DNA of 64,000 nucleotides from an uncultured Acidobacteriota bacterium (GTDB taxonomy: Bacteria; Acidobacteriota; Vicinamibacteria; Vicinamibacterales; UBA8438): contig CAJWLU010000002.1 in NCBI GenBank assembly GCA_913043225.1, positions 1 through 64,000 on the forward strand, read 5' to 3'. The position numbers and the translations under genes were made by a program. Below are positions 60,944 through 64,000 of this stretch, one piece after another. The notes beneath the pieces were generated by a model. That model did not search any database, was not told the DNA's origin, and saw only the letters and a program-made list of their open reading frames with translations. Numbering within the stretch: position 1 is the stretch's first letter; every line of letters begins with the position of its first letter.

Positions 60944-62791
60944 ATGAGCGAGAAACCGCCCGCCGATACGCGCGAGCCGCGTTCACCGCTCGTGCGCGCG
61001 CTGCGCGGCGGGGAGGAACTGGTGGCCAACCTCGCCCTTGCGGCGATGGTCATCCTCCCGCTGGCGGAGATTCTCGTCCGCCCTATCCTGTCTGGTGGAA
61101 TCCCCGGTTCGATCTCGTTCGTTCAGCACCTCACCCTGTGGGTTGGGTTCCTCGGCGCCGCCCTTGCTGCGCGTGAAGGCAAGCTGATCGCGCTGGCGAC
61201 CGCGACCTTCATTCCGGAAGGGAAGGTTCGGCAGGCTACCGAGATCTTCGCGGCGTTCGTCGGGTCCGCGGTTTCGGTCATCCTGGCGACAGCTGCCTGG
61301 CAGCTCGTTCAGTTCGACCGGGAGGATGGCACCATCCTGGCCGCCGGCGTACCTGTATGGCTCGCGCAGCTCGTGCTGCCGGTCTCGTTCGCGGTCATAG
61401 CCGTCCGGCTGGTGTGGCGGGCGTCCCCGTTGTGGGCGGGCCGAGCCCTGGCGGTCCTCGGTATCGCGATCGGGTGGTATCTCGGGCGGACAGAGTACGT
61501 GCTCGAGGGGGTCCCCATGACCCCGCTCATCGGGTTGGTGCTGGTGGCGGCAGTGCTGGGGGCGCCGATCTTCACCATCCTCGGTGGCGCTGCGGTCTTG
61601 CTCTACATGGGCGACGGCGACCTGCCGGTGATCGTCGCCATCGAGACCTACGCACTGACTATCCAGCCGCACCTTCCGGCGATCCCGCTCTTCACCCTGG
61701 CTGGCTTCATCCTTGCGCAAGGTAACGCGTCCGAACGCCTGCTCGGGGTGTTCCGGGCCGGGGTCGGGTGGATCCCGGGCGGTACCGCCATTGTCTGCGT
61801 GGTGGTCTGCGCCTTCTTCACCGTGTTCACCGGCGGTTCCGGCGTCACTATTCTGGCGCTGGGCGGCCTGCTGTTGCCGGCGTTGCTGAAGGATGGCTAT
61901 CGCGACCGCTTCTCGCTTGGGCTGCTGACCGCCTCTGGGTCCTTGGGCCTGCTCTTTCCCCCGGCGATGCCGCTCATCCTGTATGCCATCGTGGCGCAGG
62001 TCGCTCCAGACGATCTGTTCGTGGCGGGCATCATGCCCGGTGTTCTCTTGGTGGCGCTGACCGCCGGGTGGGGTGTCCGGGAAGGGCTAGTCACCGGAGC
62101 GGGGCGCCATCCCTTCGGGTGGCCCGAGTTTCGGGGGGCGCTATGGGAGGCCAAGTGGGAGCTCAGCATCCCGTTTGTTGTGATCGGTGTGCTCTTTAGC
62201 GGCTCCGCGACCCTGGTCGAGACGGCGGCTTTCACTGCGCTCTACGCCGCTATCATCCAGGGGGGCATCCATAGAGATTTCCCGCTCTTTCGCGGCCTGC
62301 ACCGCGCCTTCAGCGAGTGCGTCGTGCTGGTTGGCGGGGTGCTGGTGATCTTGGGCGTCGCGGTGGGTTTCACCGCGTATCTGCTCGATGCAGACGTGCC
62401 TTTCCTGCTGGTGGAGTGGGCCGACGAGAACATCGGTTCCCGGCTGGTATTCCTGCTAGGGCTGAATCTGTTTCTGTTGCTGGTCGGCTGCGTGATGGAT
62501 ATCTTCTCGGCCATCTTTGTGGTGGTGCCGCTCATCGTGCCGGTGGCCGAGCAGTTCGGCGTCCATCCGCTTCATCTGGGCATCATATTTATCGCCAATC
62601 TGGAGCTCGGGTTCCTAACCCCACCGGTCGGGTTGAACCTGTTTTTGGCGTCGTATCGTTTCGACCGCCCGCTGCTCGAGGTGTACCGCGCATCGCTGCC
62701 GTTGTTGGCGATTCTCGGGTTTGGCGTTCTCGTGATTACTTATGTACCATGGCTCACGCTTGGCCTCCTCGAGTGGTTGGGCCGAGGCTGA
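60944..62791 (+). CDS. Fused TRAP permease DctQM
   Basis: DctQ-like N-terminus; AIPLF, GGSG, LFPP, LTPPVGLNLF. Confidence 0.9.
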   Translation: MSEKPPADTREPRSPLVRALRGGEELVANLALAAMVILPLAEILVRPILSGGIPGSISFVQHLTLWVGFLGAALAAREGKLIALATATFIPEGKVRQATEIFAAFVGSAVSVILATAAWQLVQFDREDGTILAAGVPVWLAQLVLPVSFAVIAVRLVWRASPLWAGRALAVLGIAIGWYLGRTEYVLEGVPMTPLIGLVLVAAVLGAPIFTILGGAAVLLYMGDGDLPVIVAIETYALTIQPHLPAIPLFTLAGFILAQGNASERLLGVFRAGVGWIPGGTAIVCVVVCAFFTVFTGGSGVTILALGGLLLPALLKDGYRDRFSLGLLTASGSLGLLFPPAMPLILYAIVAQVAPDDLFVAGIMPGVLLVALTAGWGVREGLVTGAGRHPFGWPEFRGALWEAKWELSIPFVVIGVLFSGSATLVETAAFTALYAAIIQGGIHRDFPLFRGLHRAFSECVVLVGGVLVILGVAVGFTAYLLDADVPFLLVEWADENIGSRLVFLLGLNLFLLLVGCVMDIFSAIFVVVPLIVPVAEQFGVHPLHLGIIFIANLELGFLTPPVGLNLFLASYRFDRPLLEVYRASLPLLAILGFGVLVITYVPWLTLGLLEWLGRG

Positions 62792-62810
62792 GTGGGCCGG
62801 AGGACGATCG

Positions 62811-63878
62811 ATGACAAAGCGATTGGCGGAAGTCGCGGTACTGGCGGGGCTGGCTCTTGGGTGCGCAGAACCCGAACCGACGCAGATGGCCGAGCCGCCG
62901 GCGGCATCGGAGGGGACCGAAGGGGAAGAGGTCAGGCTGACGAACCTGCGTCAGCTGACCTTCGGAGGACAGAACGCCGAGGCGTACTATGCCTTCGATG
63001 GCAGCCGCCTGATTTTCCAGACCACCCGTGAGGGCGTGCCCTGCGACCAGATCTACACGATGGAGCTCGACGGCACCAATGCGCGGATGGTCTCGACCGG
63101 CGACGGGCGGACTACCTGCGGTTACTTTTTCCCGGGTGGCGAGTCGATCGTCTATGCGTCGACCCATCTCGGCGGCGCCGATTGCCCGCCCGAGCCGGGG
63201 TTCGAGATGGGCTACGTCTGGCCCGTTTATGACAGTTACGACATCTTTACCGCCAATCCTGATGGGTCGGGCCTGACCCGCATCACCGAGACCGACGGCT
63301 ACGATGCCGAAGCGACGGTGGGACCCGACGGACGGATTGTGTTTACCAGCCTGCGGGATGGCGACATGGAGATCTACTCCATGAACCAGGACGGGTCGGA
63401 CGTTCAGCGTTTGACCAACAGCCCCGGACCGGATGGAGGTCCGTTCTTCTCTGCCGATGGTAGCAAGATCGTCTTCCGCGGGCGACGGATCGAGCCGGGC
63501 CCTGAGCTCGACGACTTCCAGCGTCTGCTCCGCGAGGGGCTGTGGCGTCCCACGTCGCTCGAGATCTTTGCGATGGATGCTGACGGGAGCAATTTGCGGC
63601 AGGTGACAAACCTGGGCGGTGCGAGCTTCGGTCCGTTCTGGCATCCTGACGGGGAGCGGATCATCTTCAGTTCGAACTGGCATAATCCCGAGGGCCGAAA
63701 CTTCGATCTTTTCATCATCAACGAGGACGGATCCGGTCTCGAGCGGATCACGTTCAACGAAACCTTCGATGGCTTTCCCATGTTCTCTCCCGATGGAGCG
63801 AACCTGGTCTTCGCGTCGAACCGAGAGGGCCAGGTCGAGGGCGAAACGAATGTCTTTATTGCCGATTGGGTCGACTAG
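62811..63878 (+). CDS. TolB-like PD40 beta-propeller lipoprotein
   Basis: Lipobox ALGC; repeated PFFSADG/PFWHPDG/PMFSPDG blades. Confidence 0.88.
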   Translation: MTKRLAEVAVLAGLALGCAEPEPTQMAEPPAASEGTEGEEVRLTNLRQLTFGGQNAEAYYAFDGSRLIFQTTREGVPCDQIYTMELDGTNARMVSTGDGRTTCGYFFPGGESIVYASTHLGGADCPPEPGFEMGYVWPVYDSYDIFTANPDGSGLTRITETDGYDAEATVGPDGRIVFTSLRDGDMEIYSMNQDGSDVQRLTNSPGPDGGPFFSADGSKIVFRGRRIEPGPELDDFQRLLREGLWRPTSLEIFAMDADGSNLRQVTNLGGASFGPFWHPDGERIIFSSNWHNPEGRNFDLFIINEDGSGLERITFNETFDGFPMFSPDGANLVFASNREGQVEGETNVFIADWVD

Positions 63879-64000
63879 GTAGGCCACCTTGTTACGGGGG
63901 CTTAGGCCGGAGTAAGTCATTCCACGGACTCCATCGGTCGCCTACTTCGAGACCTCGTTACCATTGACTCCGTGAATCCGGCGCTTGTCCCCAGCGGTGG

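Noticed and set aside
1..64000. CRISPR arrays, IS elements, prophage, rRNA
   Set aside because: None detected by reading the sequence and ORF translations.

Overview
GC-rich bacterial chromosome segment. Gene content and order suggest Acidobacteriota, possibly Vicinamibacterales-like; this is inference, not a database result. Most of the window is housekeeping: exbB-exbD-exbD-TPR, relA/spoT, rpmB, dksA/traR, lon, ileS-lspA-lgt-rluD-nudix-fpg, thiD-moaE-moaD-prfA-prmC, fdhE, erpA, addB/addA-like, mrp, glk, infA with a DEAD-box helicase, a CCA-adding enzyme, a TPAT/TRAP transporter, tRNA-Sec and tRNA-Ala(GGC). No integrase, transposase or CRISPR array was seen. The first ~1.5 kb looks like an assembly or amplification chimera (DUF1549 piece, AT-rich piece, truncated tonB). 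The most interesting signals are: (1) four DnaA-box-like 9-mers at exact 11-bp period beside an AT-rich patch at ~34.0 kb, a candidate oriC or DnaA-titration site with no dnaA nearby; (2) a long ORF next to it, broken by a single in-frame TGA followed by a weak SECIS-like sequence, 4 kb from tRNA-Sec; (3) a Fur + rubrerythrin-like fusion regulator in an erpA operon within a Mo/Se/Fe-S maturation neighbourhood; (4) a BRCT-wHTH-TPR protein with a clamp-binding-like motif; (5) a zincless, plant/fungal-type Fpg; (6) two orphan HicB-like small proteins bracketing the addBA module; (7) a sigma54 promoter upstream of dksA/traR; (8) a 14-nt sequence upstream of selC that is complementary to the tRNA-Sec extra arm.
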